64,000 nucleotides of DNA from Tubulanus polymorphus. Taxonomy: Eukaryota > Animalia > Nemertea. Below are positions 11,288 through 27,340 of the stretch, piece after piece. Positions within the stretch are counted from its first letter, which is position 1. Each line of letters opens with the position of its first letter. Where the stretch lies: the NCBI RefSeq assembly GCF_964204645.1, contig NC_134031.1, forward strand, positions 3,968,001-4,032,000. Reading direction: 5' to 3'. The notes under the pieces were generated by a model, which searched no databases, was not told where the DNA came from, and was given only the letters and a program-made list of their open reading frames with translations. Position numbers and translations under genes: made by a program.

Positions 11288-12828
11288 TGATAATATACAC
11301 ACTGTGACGACGTCAACTGAACTATCACTACCGTTCCTTTCCTTTCGGTTTTCCTACAAAAAATTAATGAATAATTTTTGAATGGAATTCATACGTTATA
11401 ATAACGTAGTTTCCAAACCAAAACTTAAATTTGAACCTACCTCTGACCTCTAAAGAACCGATGCTTAAGTAACACGATTAATTACGGCCATTAATTACAT
11501 CATTTGAGGAGAAAAGAGTGATAAGCTCTAAATTAAAAAAGAACACGGAAGTAAATAGCGAGGGGTTATTTCGTGTCCACCTGAGCCATTTGTTCAATTA
11601 AATTCAATCTTTATTGTACGTATTCTCAGTGGCCGGATTGAACACTGACAAATTGAAACTTCGGTTTACGATCGGTCTGCGATTAATTCGTCCCGGTTCC
11701 TGACGATCCGACATGATCGGGTTAAGTCGACTGAGCTAGTGGACCATCGAGTCTCCCCGTGTTCCTGTTTTGTACATGTATTTGTTTTAATCTTCTGCTT
11801 GCACAAAAACTTGGTGTAGTTTGGATCGGATTGATCGGATTGACTGATGGGCCGGGGCTTACAACAAATAGAGCGGCGCGGATATGTTGGCGCCAAGCAG
11901 GGCCAGGGGCGGATCCAGATGGGGGCACAGGGGCACGTGCGCCATTTTCCAACGGCAATTCTTTCAGGCTGAGTTTTTCCAGAGAAAGCAGCAGTCCACC
12001 GCCCAAGACGTAGCGCTATACACATCACTTGGCTTTATATCTAATCACGGAAATGGCATTAAAACGCACTGAAACTTCACAATCGGGACCCCTGTTTTGG
12101 CGGCTTTACGAGGACACAGGCACTTGCCCCTTTTTATTAGCAGCCCTTTTCACTGCCTTGTGCTTCGGCCAAAGTCTGAAAATGTAAATCCTCCTGCCAT
12201 ACTCCAGCCGACAAGAGTAAAATCTCGCAAGTGGTTGTCTATCAAACTGTGATACAGCATTGGCACTCTATACGACTCACTGGGCACTTCCGCAGTGTAA
12301 AGAAATAAATCTATTTCAACCTTTCAGCCTTTTTCGCTTGAGCAAATAAGTTACTTTCTCAAGCGTGTTTGAAAATAGACAAAAAGAGGAGATTAGTCTT
12401 ATGTAACGGCAGATTTTTACTACCGGTACGTGTATTTGATACTGGAATTTTATACCATCGACAGATATGATTACTTCCAGAAATTGCAGAAGAAATTGCC
12501 AGTGGCCAGTTTTTAGTGGCAATGGTGAAGTTAATCTCTACGTATACATTTGCTGATGTCATAGTTTAGTAAGTAGGTGTAATTCACGGTTCTTGGGTAG
12601 CTTATATGATTAGCCGGTATTCAGATTCCTGGGTGCAGTGCCACAGTTCTGAGTTAAGATATGACTCTGAGTTAACTCATTAACTAACTCAACTCACAGT
12701 TAACTCTAACTAACAACTGTGGAACTGGGATCTGGTGTTGTGGATAGTCTTCACTCAAATAGAATGTCACAAACTTGGCAAAAAAACATGTTCCACCAAA
12801 TTCTACCGCTGCTTTCCGTAGAATTATC

Positions 12829-15271
<2,443 letters not shown>

Positions 15272-16142
15272 TTTGTCGAATACTTCTGCGACCTCGCCGA
15301 ATAAAACGCCCCAGTGAAATACTGGTTCCGCACAATGAGAATCTCGTCGAAAAAGAACGTAATTCATGTCATGACAAATACCGAGTACGAGGTATTTTTG
15401 GTTCACATGTCAAAGGATGGGAATTAATGGCTGTGTGTACAGTGTTTTATGCTGCTCTATAAATGCTATAATAATCATATCAGTATTTATTTCGCCATGC
15501 ATACAAATTCACGTCGGTGCATCGCGACCTCGGGTTTGAGGCAAAAATTATTTATTAGGCTAACAAAAGCATTTATTTTTTGCTTATCTATGCAAAAACA
15601 TTTTTAAAAAGTTGTGTAAACAAATACTGTTATTCTTCTCAATTTTAGTGGCATGATGCTACATGTACCGCAACATATTAGTTACCTTGAATACGATATC
15701 TTCGCGAAAACAATTTAGTATTTTTTTCATGTACATGCACTACTATGTTTATAGGGTGTGCTTTGTAAGTCAATGACGACGAAGAGCCCGAGACTAATTC
15801 ACAAATTTCTAAATGCTGGATCCCATTGCGACCTTACCCCATTTCATCAATAGTCTGAAAATTTGGAAGATATGTCGACCGATGGTACAAACCGATTCGG
15901 CAGTCATCATAGTACAAATATCTGCTAGATAATGTGGAGTATATGGATTTTGATGGAAGGCGTTGTGTCACCAGAATTTGTGGTTACTAAGGTAACTAAT
16001 TGAAATTTCCATATTGAACTAAATACTTTCGATTCAAAACGTTTTTATTTATCAGTTTTTCGATGGTTAAATCCATGATTTAACGCAAAATAAATTCAAA
16101 CATTCGACGCAGCGATGCCGAAAACGTAACGGTCGGTGAATA

Positions 16143-16701
16143 ACGATTACAATTACGATTACGATTACGATTTTATTTACACTCCAACCATTTCCATGGT
16201 ATATGGAGGAAAACTATTACACATTTATATACAAATATTTACAAAACAACATTGAAGTGGTTAAAATTTAGAGAATGAAAACGTAACGAAATATATATAC
16301 ATCAACTATTTACAATACTATATATACTATTGGAGGGATCTATATACATCTAAGCCGGTCTTAATGAATTTAGCTAAGTTGACCGTTGGGTTTTTCAGAA
16401 TATCAAGGGTATTAAAGGTATTCAAATTCAAAAAGTTTTTGCGTTGTTCGTTAAGTAAGGTACAGTCAAACAGAAAATGGGATTCGTCACCTAAAGTATT
16501 ACAAGTGGGGCATATTCTATCGGCTCTGTCTAAATGAAGGTTTGAAAATTTGTTCACAGGTAAAATACAGGACCCGACCCTAAATTCAAATAAACTAGTT
16601 CCTTAGTCATCACCAAGTTCTATTATATACTTCTCTAACCTTATATCATTTTTATATTGCCTAAAGTTAGTGTATATCGGATTAGTATTTATGGCAGAAC
16701 C
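16143..16701 (-). mobile_element. 5'-truncated non-LTR retrotransposon 3' end with C-terminal CCHC-type motif and (ATCGTA)n tail
   Basis: RICPTCNTLGDESHFLFDC; AATAAA followed by a tandem-repeat tail; internal stop codon; related copy at 19559-20037. Confidence 0.75.
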
Positions 16702-17665
16702 GAGTTGCGTAGCAGCGCCGCGGTGCGGAATAGTACGCCGACTCCCCATTAATACAGGTACCAGATGAGTAACCCCTCGAGAAGGTTAGCATTTGAGGTT
16801 ACTTTATACAATGGCAGGTAACTTTTCTTTTGTCAACAAAGCAGCTGTAACGTCAGGTTCAATGTGCGAGATATTTGGCCTCTGATGGCTGCGGTGATGA
16901 GATGTCGGACAGTAAATAACGATGCCTGATCGCGGCCAATTTGCCCCGGCCCAAATCGTTCCCGTGTAATCGCGGATTAGATTTATAGGAAAGAAAAAGA
17001 TTAAACCCTTAGGTTATTAGATTATTAAGCGTTCTCTCTCCCTCAATCCTGTTGCTCAGTTGATCCAATTATATATAGCGGGCCACTAGAAAAGATCTGC
17101 GTACCTTGGAGTTATAATTTGACAAATAACACTTCAAAGATCAACCAAGCTTTTAACTAATTCCATGAAGGAAGTAGTAGAACACGGTGAAGATTTCTAT
17201 AGAGAGTCACAAAGAGTATCTGTATATGAACGATGGATTTTATTTCTTATAGCATTCGAACTGTGATCGACATAGGAAAGTATTAAGAATTCGGTCAGAA
17301 TATTTTACAGTATAAACGAGTTGGCGGAATTGAATTGGTCTTAAAATCCTTTTAGCACATCATTTTGTTCCATCGAATAAACTAACGTTATATTTCATGA
17401 AATATTCTTTATCTAAAAACATTTATTATAATCTCTTAATTTCGTGAATATAGAACATCGAATACGAAATACACTAAATACAGAGCCAATTATTTCAATG
17501 GATTCTCCAGATTCTAACAACTACAATATATTTTAGGCCCCATACAACAATTCAAGTAGATTTGTGACTGAACTGGCTCGTCATGAGAGATATTAACATA
17601 GCCATTGTATACGATTCTTGAAACAGAGGTCTTTGCACTTCGTAGCCGCCAGAGTTTGGCCTTCC

Positions 17666-18307
17666 TTACAGGATCGTACACATATTTGTCTTTTTGTCCG
17701 TGTCGTCGTCCAGATACAATGATCGATATTTCATAAGTCCCAACGGACGGCGTTTATTTAGGGCCAAGCCTAAGCATTTTACTTTGCGATAAAATTGGTA
17801 ACATCCATCGAGTTCTTCTAGCGCCGTTTGCGGGATGAATTTCACGAAGATGTCGCAGACAGTGATACCTAACTTGGCTGACGAGGCCGTGGACTCAAAC
17901 CCCCATCCGTAAACTGTCCTGCGCATATTGCTGAAGGCATCCCACGTCAAGTACAGGTCGATCTTATTCGCCACCACGTATATTTTCGGCATTTCCCTCA
18001 CGCTCAGAATTCTGTCTTTAATAGTTTGAACTTTGTCCAACGACAACTGATCGCCGATGACACACACTAGTATGAAAACGTCAATGGCTTCGAGATGGGT
18101 TTCATCAAGATGTTCGGCGCTGATTTCGACGATATTGATTGTAAAACGCGAATGATGACCTACCTCGCACGCATGACTGCTTCTACCAATTGTTGGACGG
18201 TACGAATCAGAAAACTCATCACGCATAAAGCGGCAAATAAGGCTGCTTTTTCCGACGCCTGCCGCACCTAAGAACGCAACTTGCAACGGTTTTCCACGGT
18301 TCGACAT
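17666..18307 (-). CDS. Intronless Ras-family small GTPase (Di-Ras/RasD/Rap-like), CaaX-terminated
   Basis: G1 GAAGVGKS, G2 YRPTI, G4 NKID, G5 SSAK, C-terminal CTIL; G3 is atypical (EISA). Confidence 0.88.
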   Translation of the reverse strand: MSNRGKPLQVAFLGAAGVGKSSLICRFMRDEFSDSYRPTIGRSSHACEVGHHSRFTINIVEISAEHLDETHLEAIDVFILVCVIGDQLSLDKVQTIKDRILSVREMPKIYVVANKIDLYLTWDAFSNMRRTVYGWGFESTASSAKLGITVCDIFVKFIPQTALEELDGCYQFYRKVKCLGLALNKRRPLGLMKYRSLYLDDDTDKKTNMCTIL

Positions 18308-18734
18308 CGTTTACTGTTGAGATATTTCTCGGATCGCGCTGGAGATGAGTTGCAGCACAGCTTTATGCGCCGATACTTCCCTTCACTTCGGTTTAAATAA
18401 GCGCCGCAAATGAAAGCTAAGTAGTCGCGAAATACGTAGAGCCAATCACAGCTTGTCTTCGTTATTCGTACGTTATTGGTAGACGCTTTTATTCCCCTTT
18501 TCGAAGAACTACTACGGCATCAATATATTTATGTATATACGTAAGCATATCAAAGTATTTGTTTCACTCTAATCCCTATACGATTCACAAACTAATAACT
18601 AACGCTCTTCGGACAAAACGTTCATAAAACAGCAGATTGAATAACCTTCACCTCAAGACCACCCGATTGATGTATCTTTAACTTGGATTCAGTGTGCCAT
18701 TGTCAAACGCACCGAGTTATCCGGAGGATTCCTG

Positions 18735-21700
18735 TTAGGAGGTTTCGTTTATTGAAAGGTCGTACGGGTAACGCTGAACGAAGCCAGGATATTCTTCTCG
18801 GTGTAGCATTAACCCGTTGCGACTTATTTCACCCATAAGTTGACCGTGATCGAGAACGGCAGCAGGCGACCATCCGGTTTCTGATTCACATATGCTTGTC
18901 GGTCCATCACCCGGAAACCAATGCCCTAATCCATGCGCCATTGTATCTGAAAGACAGATAGAAATCGAAAATTATGATATACTGGTAGATTAGATTAAAA
19001 ACAATATTTTCGTAGATACAACGACTGTGAAATAAAGGAACTCCGATCTAAATGGAACGAAGCACCATTCAGTAAATATGTTACGAAGAAAACATGATCG
19101 ACTGGCTAAGGAATGCTCCGGGAGTGTTATGATTAACGCTTCAGTGCCTTCGGAATGGTTTTCCGTCACCAATGGCTGCATTTGACAAGAGTTAATTACA
19201 CAAATCGGTAATCCGCTAGGTTAAATCCCAGATTCCGTGCCTAATTAGCCTACAACAAAACCACGAATAGAAACTACGCACCGTCATGCTTTTGAAATAT
19301 GGCTTCGTTGACGACCATTACATCATTTGCATGTTTGCCGGTGTGAGTGGCGAAGCTGTAAGAGGTCCAACGACGGCTGGCGTCCCGTTTCAGGCGTTTT
19401 TCTTTCGCACGTCGATTTTGAAACCAAACCTATCAAACATAACATAACATAATCAATTTTCAATGAGATGTGGTTCATTAATCATTTCAATATCTATGAT
19501 TCTTCATTCCCTGATTGACTAAGAACGATTCTCTGTGTTCGCGATGAATGCCCAAATCGGACAACGACAACGACAACACGAATACGAATACGAATATGGA
19601 TACGATAACTCCATGGTATACGGAGGAAAAAACAGTATTTAAAATCAATCACAAGAATGGAAATAAAAGCATTTCAAAACTAAACAGACGGACCACACAC
19701 TTATATATATCTTACAAACTGATCAGTTTGATTACTCTAAGTATGTAATGTACCGTATACAATACACTACTGGAGGGATCTATGTACATCTAGACCTCTT
19801 TTGATGAATTTAGCTAGTTTTGAAATTGGATTCTTTAATACAACAACGTTCCGAAAGGTAGTGTTCATAGAATTCGGTAAGTAAGCTATAATCAAATATG
19901 TAATGTAGTTCATCTCCTAAAACGTTGCATGCGTGGCAGAATCTATCGGTTCTTGATAGAGGAAGGTTTGATAAGCTATTTAGAGGTAAAATGTAAGACC
20001 CAATTCTGAATAAATTGGTCATCAAGCTGATGAACATAGTTTCAACGTGTCAATTGTTTTGAGAATGTCACCGAGTGTGAACTAAAAACGCCTTGATCTA
20101 CCTTCACTCTAAAAATAGGTGTAACATCAAAAATGAAAAAAAAAAACGACAAAGCAAAACTGAGAACTGAAAAACGTGAGGGATGGGTTAGGACAAAACC
20201 TGGATGGATTATTCCAGTTCCACATAGTTACTGGATGGATAAACCTCCACCCCTCTCTAATCTATTACGTCGGTACAACAACATATCTGCATGCCGTACT
20301 TGAACGACCCTCATATCGAGCCCGGTTTCCGAACTGAGTTGTTCTCGAACGTGACGCGCCGGTTTTGGAGTAGATGTGTATGCTGCTTTTAACATGTCCA
20401 ACTGTTTTGCCGTGATAGTCGTCCTCGGGCGTTTATTGGACGATTCGCTATCGGAAGACGAGGCTATATTCGGAAAGTTTAAAAGACGATGATTTTAATT
20501 TATTGGCACAAATTATTGTTGACAAAAATATCCGGCGCTCAATCATTGAAATGATAACTCATTACGCAGTTTTCTGGTTTTTGGTAACAATGAATGGCTC
20601 TGCGGGCCCTTCATTGAAATGACCGCCTCGCAAAACATAATGCTTGATGGCACTAAACTCATATTTTTGTACAACTTGTCGTAGCACTCAGTGACTCTTC
20701 ACATCATCCTAAGAAGATTAACTTATTTATTTTTCTGCGGATGGTTTAGTCTCTGATGTGTTAATTAACAGTCCAAGATGTTGCGTCAGTGTTACCATGG
20801 AGGAACGAACTGGCATGTCCGGGCGTCATCGGGGAGGTTGAAGAAAACATCCCACGTGAAAGCCATGCACGTGTGACACGAGAATTCCATACATGAACAC
20901 TTAAATTACTTAAAGATTGCCTCCGAGGATCGGAAATTACAATCCCGCACTGGAGACAACTCGATTGATGTGGATCACGCTGACCTCATTACTCAGTTAA
21001 ACCTCCCGTCCGAAAGCCAAATAGTTCGGGTTTATTCGACCGCAAATAAGTCGAGCATAAGGGCTATTTTCACTCTTTGTGGAACCCGCTTTATAGAAGC
21101 GCATGAAAATGTAATCTACAATGAAATTTTTGAAATATGCTGCTACGTGATTTAATTTCTTCGGAACTTATAGGACTAGATGAAATTTTTAAATGTCATA
21201 AATTTTCTAATACCAGGCCATTAAATCAGTGAATAATCATGTATGAGGCCGTGTAGCTGCTGAATTTTCATGTTCATACTAAACACAGTTTCTCACGACA
21301 ACGCGTACCACGCTCTTGCGATAAACGGCTGGCCGAAAACCGTTCGTGAAAATCAGGTTTTCTAGTATTCAAGAGAAGTTCCATTCGTGTGAAACTAAGT
21401 TTCGTGAATGAAATTGCTATCCAATGTATCCACTATGTCATGGAAAATTACCTTTATCTTTGGCCTCCTCGTAATCAAACTTACACCACAGCTGTTGATT
21501 ATCTGTTAGGTAAAATTCATCACCCGTTTGTAATTGTCTTTGGCACAATTGACACGAAAAACAGTTAAGATGAAACACTAGATCCTGAACACGGCGCACA
21601 ACTTCCGTCGGGGCGATACCTTTCTCACAACACGGACATTTTGTACCATAAACGCTGGAAATCATTATAAACATCATATTTGTTAATATCATATTCATAC

Positions 21701-22916
21701 AACATAGGAAAATACTATGTGCGTTATATTACCTTACTTTAAAGTAATGAGCTTGTATACTATAAGATTATGATATAATTGGTTGTTTCCGAGACCAATA
21801 ATAGAACCATAAACATATCAATTTGGATTTACAGCAGAATAAACTTTATATACATTAGAAAGAACGATAGCCATAAGAGTCTCCTTGCTTTTTATTATGT
21901 TTTTAAATGTCGATTTTAGTTCCTTTTGTGAATTTTTAGAAATTCTAGGTCTATTGCGCTATCAAATTTCAATACACTGAAAATAAGAATTTTTTCAATA
22001 TATATGCTTAGATAAAATGTAGTAGAAGTAGAATACATTATAAACTAATATATACAAAATGTCATAAATATAACATCGCAAAGACAATGAAATGCCAGCA
22101 TGTGTAAAATAAAGTCGATTATTCATTTGCGGTATATATAATACTTAAATGACTTACTCGAAAAAGTCCATCGGACAATAAACTTTGTTTTCTTTGGTGT
22201 AACATTTCTCGTTTAGCGGGATAGAACAAACGTCGCAGCGAAGACAGGTCGCGTGCCATGGTTTATCGGCAACCCTCAGAATAAACTTATCAGTTATGGC
22301 CCGTTGACAACCGGTACATATAATTATACCTAAAGGAGAACGGTAATACGATATAATTTTTATCAATTCTACTACGAAAAATGAGATTGAAAAATTGAAA
22401 AGGCAAATACTCATACTGCCCTAAAACACCCCATTAACAAATTACATCATATACATGCATCATGATTTTACTTGGTGTACGATATTGCTTCATTTCGGAT
22501 ACCTCTCTAAAGTCTAAATATTCCAGAAACGATTATCTTCATATTCGCGATACAACCTATAATTCTCTTTGATAGTTCTTTCATGATTTTTTAAGTGGCG
22601 TACGGAGATTGCTTGATTTTAGATACCTTTCCAAAGTCCAAATATTCCAAAAATTATTATCTCCATATTCGCGATACAACCTATAATTCTATTTGATAGT
22701 TCTTTCATAATCTCCCTCTTTGAGATCTTAGCACTTACGAGCAAAATTTTGACGAACTGAAAGAAAGCTTTTTTATTCATTTTTCCTACCTGCTTTTAGT
22801 TCTTGTTCGTTTAATTGTGACGGCGGTAAAGAACCAGATTCACCCAACGAAACCATCGTTGATAATCGGGGTATTTTTCGCTCATTTCCCTCCTTCTTTA
22901 GCGCACTTGGTCCCAT
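18735..22916 (-). CDS. Lhx3/4: LIM homeobox protein Lhx3/4
   Basis: Exons 22790-22916, ~22157-22329 (LIM1), ~21451-21655 (LIM2), 20300-20463 ([35 protein letters not shown]), ~19282-19429 ([17 protein letters not shown]), ~18735-18946. The homeodomain is diagnostic of Lhx3/4. Confidence 0.93.
19559..20037 (-). mobile_element. Degenerate non-LTR retrotransposon 3' end in an Lhx3/4 intron; same family as 16143-16701
   Basis: [18 protein letters not shown]; shares TGGAGGGATCTAT..CATCTA, GAATTTAGCTA and CCATGGTATA.GGAGGAAAA with the 16.3-kb copy; short-repeat tail. Confidence 0.7.
22498..22712. repeat. Tandem duplication, two ~90-bp copies ~124 bp apart, in Lhx3/4 intron 1
   Basis: GATACC..AAATATTCCA..CATATTCGCGATACAACCTATAATTCT.TTTGATAGTTCTTTCAT occurs twice. 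Confidence 0.85.
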
Positions 22917-24848
22917 CTGTTTATCGTATGAAATAGATTCAGATACCGAATCAACTTTCTAAATCACTTTTTAAATCACTTAATTTTATCCTTCGCGTTA
23001 AATCCACTTCTTCAAATTTATGATCGGAAAGAAGCTGTAATGTAGAGATATTCGACTCTCGCTTTAAGGGGCTCCTTTCTGTTCAATGTCAGAGTTGAAA
23101 TGAAGCTCTTTTGGAGATTTGACAGAATGTGTTGTGTTGTGAAGTTGTTGGCCCAGACAGTTAAATTACCGCGCTGAACGGAGGCACTTAGACCGTCTGA
23201 GTTATTAGGTATTAACCGAATCCAATCATACCAACACCGAAGTGATTAAGTTATTGTTTGGTTAACCAATAGTGCTTGGATTAAGAGAGCTTTGTTGATC
23301 TGTTAAGCCTCGGGGGCCCGTGTTAATCGTGTCACATTGTCAAAGTCATCTTGTGTATGCCCTATAGTCGCATTACTTCGCAACTTTAATTCGATTGCGG
23401 CAAATTCTTGTGCCGATTGGAATTTCGATCCAGGAGTAACCGTTCAACAAATTCCGCGCTCATCCATGGGTGAATAATGCCCTATTTTCCATAGCTGACG
23501 TAGTAGAATTGATAAATCTTGATAAGGTTGTATAATAAGTATATATTTATACACGTTTGTATTATAAAAACGAGACTACAACAAGAGAACATTGCAAAGA
23601 CAAGATGAAAGGCCGAAGGGCCCGTTTATGAAACGAACTCATTTGTATATGGATCATTCTGAGCACCCGGAACAACCCCTGCGGGTATTCACCATGACGT
23701 CACGAAGTCGACGTTACACAGGACGCATATTTTCTGATCTTGAAATTGACTGTGTTATTTATTTGATTGGGGGATTGCGTTTGATTTGTTTTGATTAGTG
23801 TCCCTTACAAACCCATCACCCCCGCCGGGAACTTAGCAGGGGGGTTTGATTCCGAAATCGGACATCGAAGTACATTTTATAGCTGTGTGATTGGCGGTCG
23901 AAAATACTGAGTTTTATTAAGTACATAATTGGAATTTTAGCTCCACAAAACGTTTATTAGCATTCAATACTAATTGAACCACGTTTATCAATACGCAATG
24001 AGTTATATCTCACGCACACGTAAACAGATTTAACAAAATAGGACGTGAATGTATTATCTGTGCATCAACACGTGACATCTCATGGCATTTAATCGTATAA
24101 TCCCATCGAATAATGCTCCATAATCCAACAAAGATGATAAGGAATTCAGTATAAATACCAACAAATAAACATCGATAGCGTAGTAGTTCTGGTTTTGTGT
24201 TTCGACATGTGGGTTTACAGCGTTTTATTTTCTTTCTTGTGCTTTCCGACACTTGCAGTCTCGTCTCAGGTTTGTATACAATGTTAGCACTTGCGGCCGA
24301 ATAAGGACCATTCAAATTTCAGGCCTATGAATGGTATACACCGAAATACGTTCTCAGTTTCAAATTTCCCGTTTTTTTCGTTACATTTCATCAGCAAGTT
24401 AGCAGTGAGGAAATGGAACGGTACAAAGGTGTGTAAATATTTGAGCTGTAATAACCTTATTTGTTATAAATGCTCATTTTCTTTTCAATTTCTAGCTTAC
24501 TCATTAACTTTCCTTAAATCTACGAAATTCATCAATTCTCATTCCTTTCCCTTTGTTCCTATTCATCTTGGGTGCTCGCAACAACGGCATTTAGGCTTTG
24601 CTTGACCCACACAAAAGCTGCTTTTCTTTTATTCTTTCTTTTTTTAATAGTTGTGCTTGTTGAAAAATTGTAGAATTTATTGTTTGTTTGTCTTTTTCTC
24701 TCAATCTCTGTATAGAGCCTGTCATATGCTTTCCGTGAAATAAATTTGAACTTGAACTAGAACTGTTTGTCGATATATTGTACCGTTTATCTCTTTACAC
24801 TGATCATACGAGAATGCTCCTGCGAATGTTTTTAATTTTTCGTTTAGA

Positions 24849-27340
24849 TGAATGGCCGGAGGAGTTTTCAGGAAAATTCGAAGGTGACATCCTTCTGGAC
24901 GATTCCAACACGGTAAGACATCCATATATTCCAATGACGTATGGATAGATACCCTCAGATGGACTAACCGTCGGTTTTGTCACTTGGATGTCATGGATTC
25001 TAATAAAATTAGTTTTGGGTCCGGCCGGTTTAAGCATGGACTCTAAAACAAACGGTCCATGGTTTTTTAAGTAAAAATTCACTTCAAAAAGTCTTTTTCA
25101 ATGAATGTATGAACTTGAGGGGCTTTTGAGAGGCGATTTGATTCACGTTTTCTATTTATAAAAAAGCATTTATTGATGCAATAATTTTCGTTCTAAATTC
25201 TATTTCACACATATATAATACTTCTTCAGTTTTATTTTTCTTCAAATTAATTTCAGTTTAGAAATCATCTGTTCAACGCCAGAAAATGGACAAACAACAC
25301 CGTCGTCTATGATGCGAGTCGCATGCGTAAGCGTTCATACCAGTACTCATAACAGAGGTCCGGCTAACAGCCTACTCGTCGTTAATCAATGAATCGTTCT
25401 GTCATATCCTTTCCAGCTCCCTGGGCCCAGAAGAAAATTCGTAAAGTTTTGAACAACCTAGAGATGAAAGTAGGTAATGGTTGCGTGCGATTCGTCGAGA
25501 GAACTGGTAATGAGAGAAATTACGTGCGCGTTATCAGCGGAACGGGGTAATTTTCAAGGTTTTGGAATTCTGCCGAATAAAATGTTTCATATGTTGCTCA
25601 CAGACTATACACGCGTCCACCCAACAAATATGATGTAATAACATAATTCATATGATCATTGATGGCGTTCTGACACGTTGAAGATCACTAATTTCCCCCA
25701 AATTGTAATGTATGTATGAAGCTTTGTTAATCGGAAATTTGTGCCAGAGAATCATAAAAAATGTACTGCTTTTCCCTTATACGCATCCTTTTTGCACAGT
25801 GCACCAAGGAACATTGCACATTCTGCACTGGAACATAAAATATCTGATGTTACTTTCCTTTTTAGTTGTTATTCTTATGTTGGAATGACCGGTGCTTACG
25901 GTGGACAAGTGTTGTCATTGAACCTGGCCACTTGCCTTAGAGAGGCTACGATTCAACACGAGTTTCTTCACGTACTCGGTTTTGCTCATGAACATAATCG
26001 CGCCGATCGTGACCAATATATCAAAATTAATTGGAACAACATCAAACCATGCAAGTAAAAATAATCAATCACGCTCATGTAATTTACGTTCTGTCGATTA
26101 CAAAAATGATACTTGGACGTACTAGTACTCAATATAACAATGTATCAGAATTTACATCGATACAAAATAGCGATGATAGCGAATGAACAACACGAAGGAT
26201 TTTAACATCTATCGTATTTCATGAGATCGAGGATCACTTTATTTTCAGCGCAAAGACTGAGTTTCCAAATACAGAACATCCATAACCTCATGTCTAACTA
26301 CACATACGGCTCTCTCATGCAGTACGGTAGATATGCATTTAGGTTCGTAGTCTCGAGAAGCTAAACATCTTGGACAGTTCAAGACTTCATTTCATTTTAT
26401 GAGGTTTTATGAGGTTTCTCGCATTAACATGTTGTTATTCAAATGTGTATTTTGTTCATTCTAGCGCGAACGGCGGAATGACGATGGAGCCGTTAAAGCA
26501 GGGGGCGAAATTGGGAGGTCGCAGGCTACATCAAGTCGACATTCTGCGAATACGTACTCTGTATAAGTGTCCAGGTGGTATAGTAAATCCTGGTACGTAA
26601 TTGCAAGTGGAACTGTAAAATTGCGTTTAATCCAGATTATTAAGGTGGAGCCAAAATTAAGACATTCAACATCGGTATTTAATGAATTTGTTTTCCACGC
26701 GCAGCCAGATATCTATTTCCATATAGCCAGCATTGATATCGACACTTACCTTGAGTTAGAAATACTGTTCATGTAGGCCTATGAGTCAAATTATTCTCAG
26801 GGTTGAATTATTGGTTCGCGGGCTTCCGCGAGAGCCTCCCTTACTGTCAGTGTGTATCTGACGTTCGGCGACTTAGCTTCGTTAATAGTGGGTCGGTCTT
26901 GATGAAACTTGGGTACAATGTTAGCACGGGGTCTAGTTGTGCAGTGCGCCACATAGTGGCAGAACTAAAAACTCTGTTTTCAGTGACACGACCTTGAAGA
27001 TGACCTCGTAACTGAGGAACAGGCTTTAAATTTAAGAAATTGTCTTGACAAAATTCAGCTATTGGCCATAGATACAACATATCCAAAATGCAATGGTGAC
27101 TAACGCATGGTAATCGAGTTTGAGTTCGAGTTCGAGCCTGAGCCTGAGAACCGTTGTCGCCTATGGCTTTTTCTTTCGTTGAAGTGTCTTCGACGGGTCC
27201 TGTCCTATATATTTTTTGTCATCATTTCAGATTGCGTCGATAGAGTCAGCAACTGCGCTGCGTGGACAAATCGCTGCAACGATTGGACGGTGGCATATTA
27301 CATGAAAACTAACTGCAAGAAAACTTGTGATTTCTGTTAA
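24849..27340 (+). CDS. Astacin (M12A) metalloprotease with C-terminal ShKT domain; signal-peptide exon not resolved
   Basis: Prodomain FEGDI; CVRFVER; GCYSYVG; HEFLHVLGFAHEHNRADRD zinc motif; Met-turn SLMQY; ShKT CVDRVSNCAAWTNRC..MKTNCKKTCDFC*. Confidence 0.9.

Noticed and set aside
11563-11573. NF-kB-like site GGGGTTATTTC upstream of the RHIM adaptor
   Set aside because: Does not fit GGGRNNYYCC well; too weak to support.
11666-12072. Cluster of overlapping 60-120 aa ORFs in a GC-richer patch
   Set aside because: No recognisable domain or splice-consistent structure; includes a MITE terminus (CAGGGGCGGATCCAG).
17666-18307. Ras gene nested within Lhx3/4
   Set aside because: The Lhx3/4 frame terminates at 18735, so the Ras ORF is a separate downstream gene with its own CCAAT/TATA-like elements (~18390-18480).
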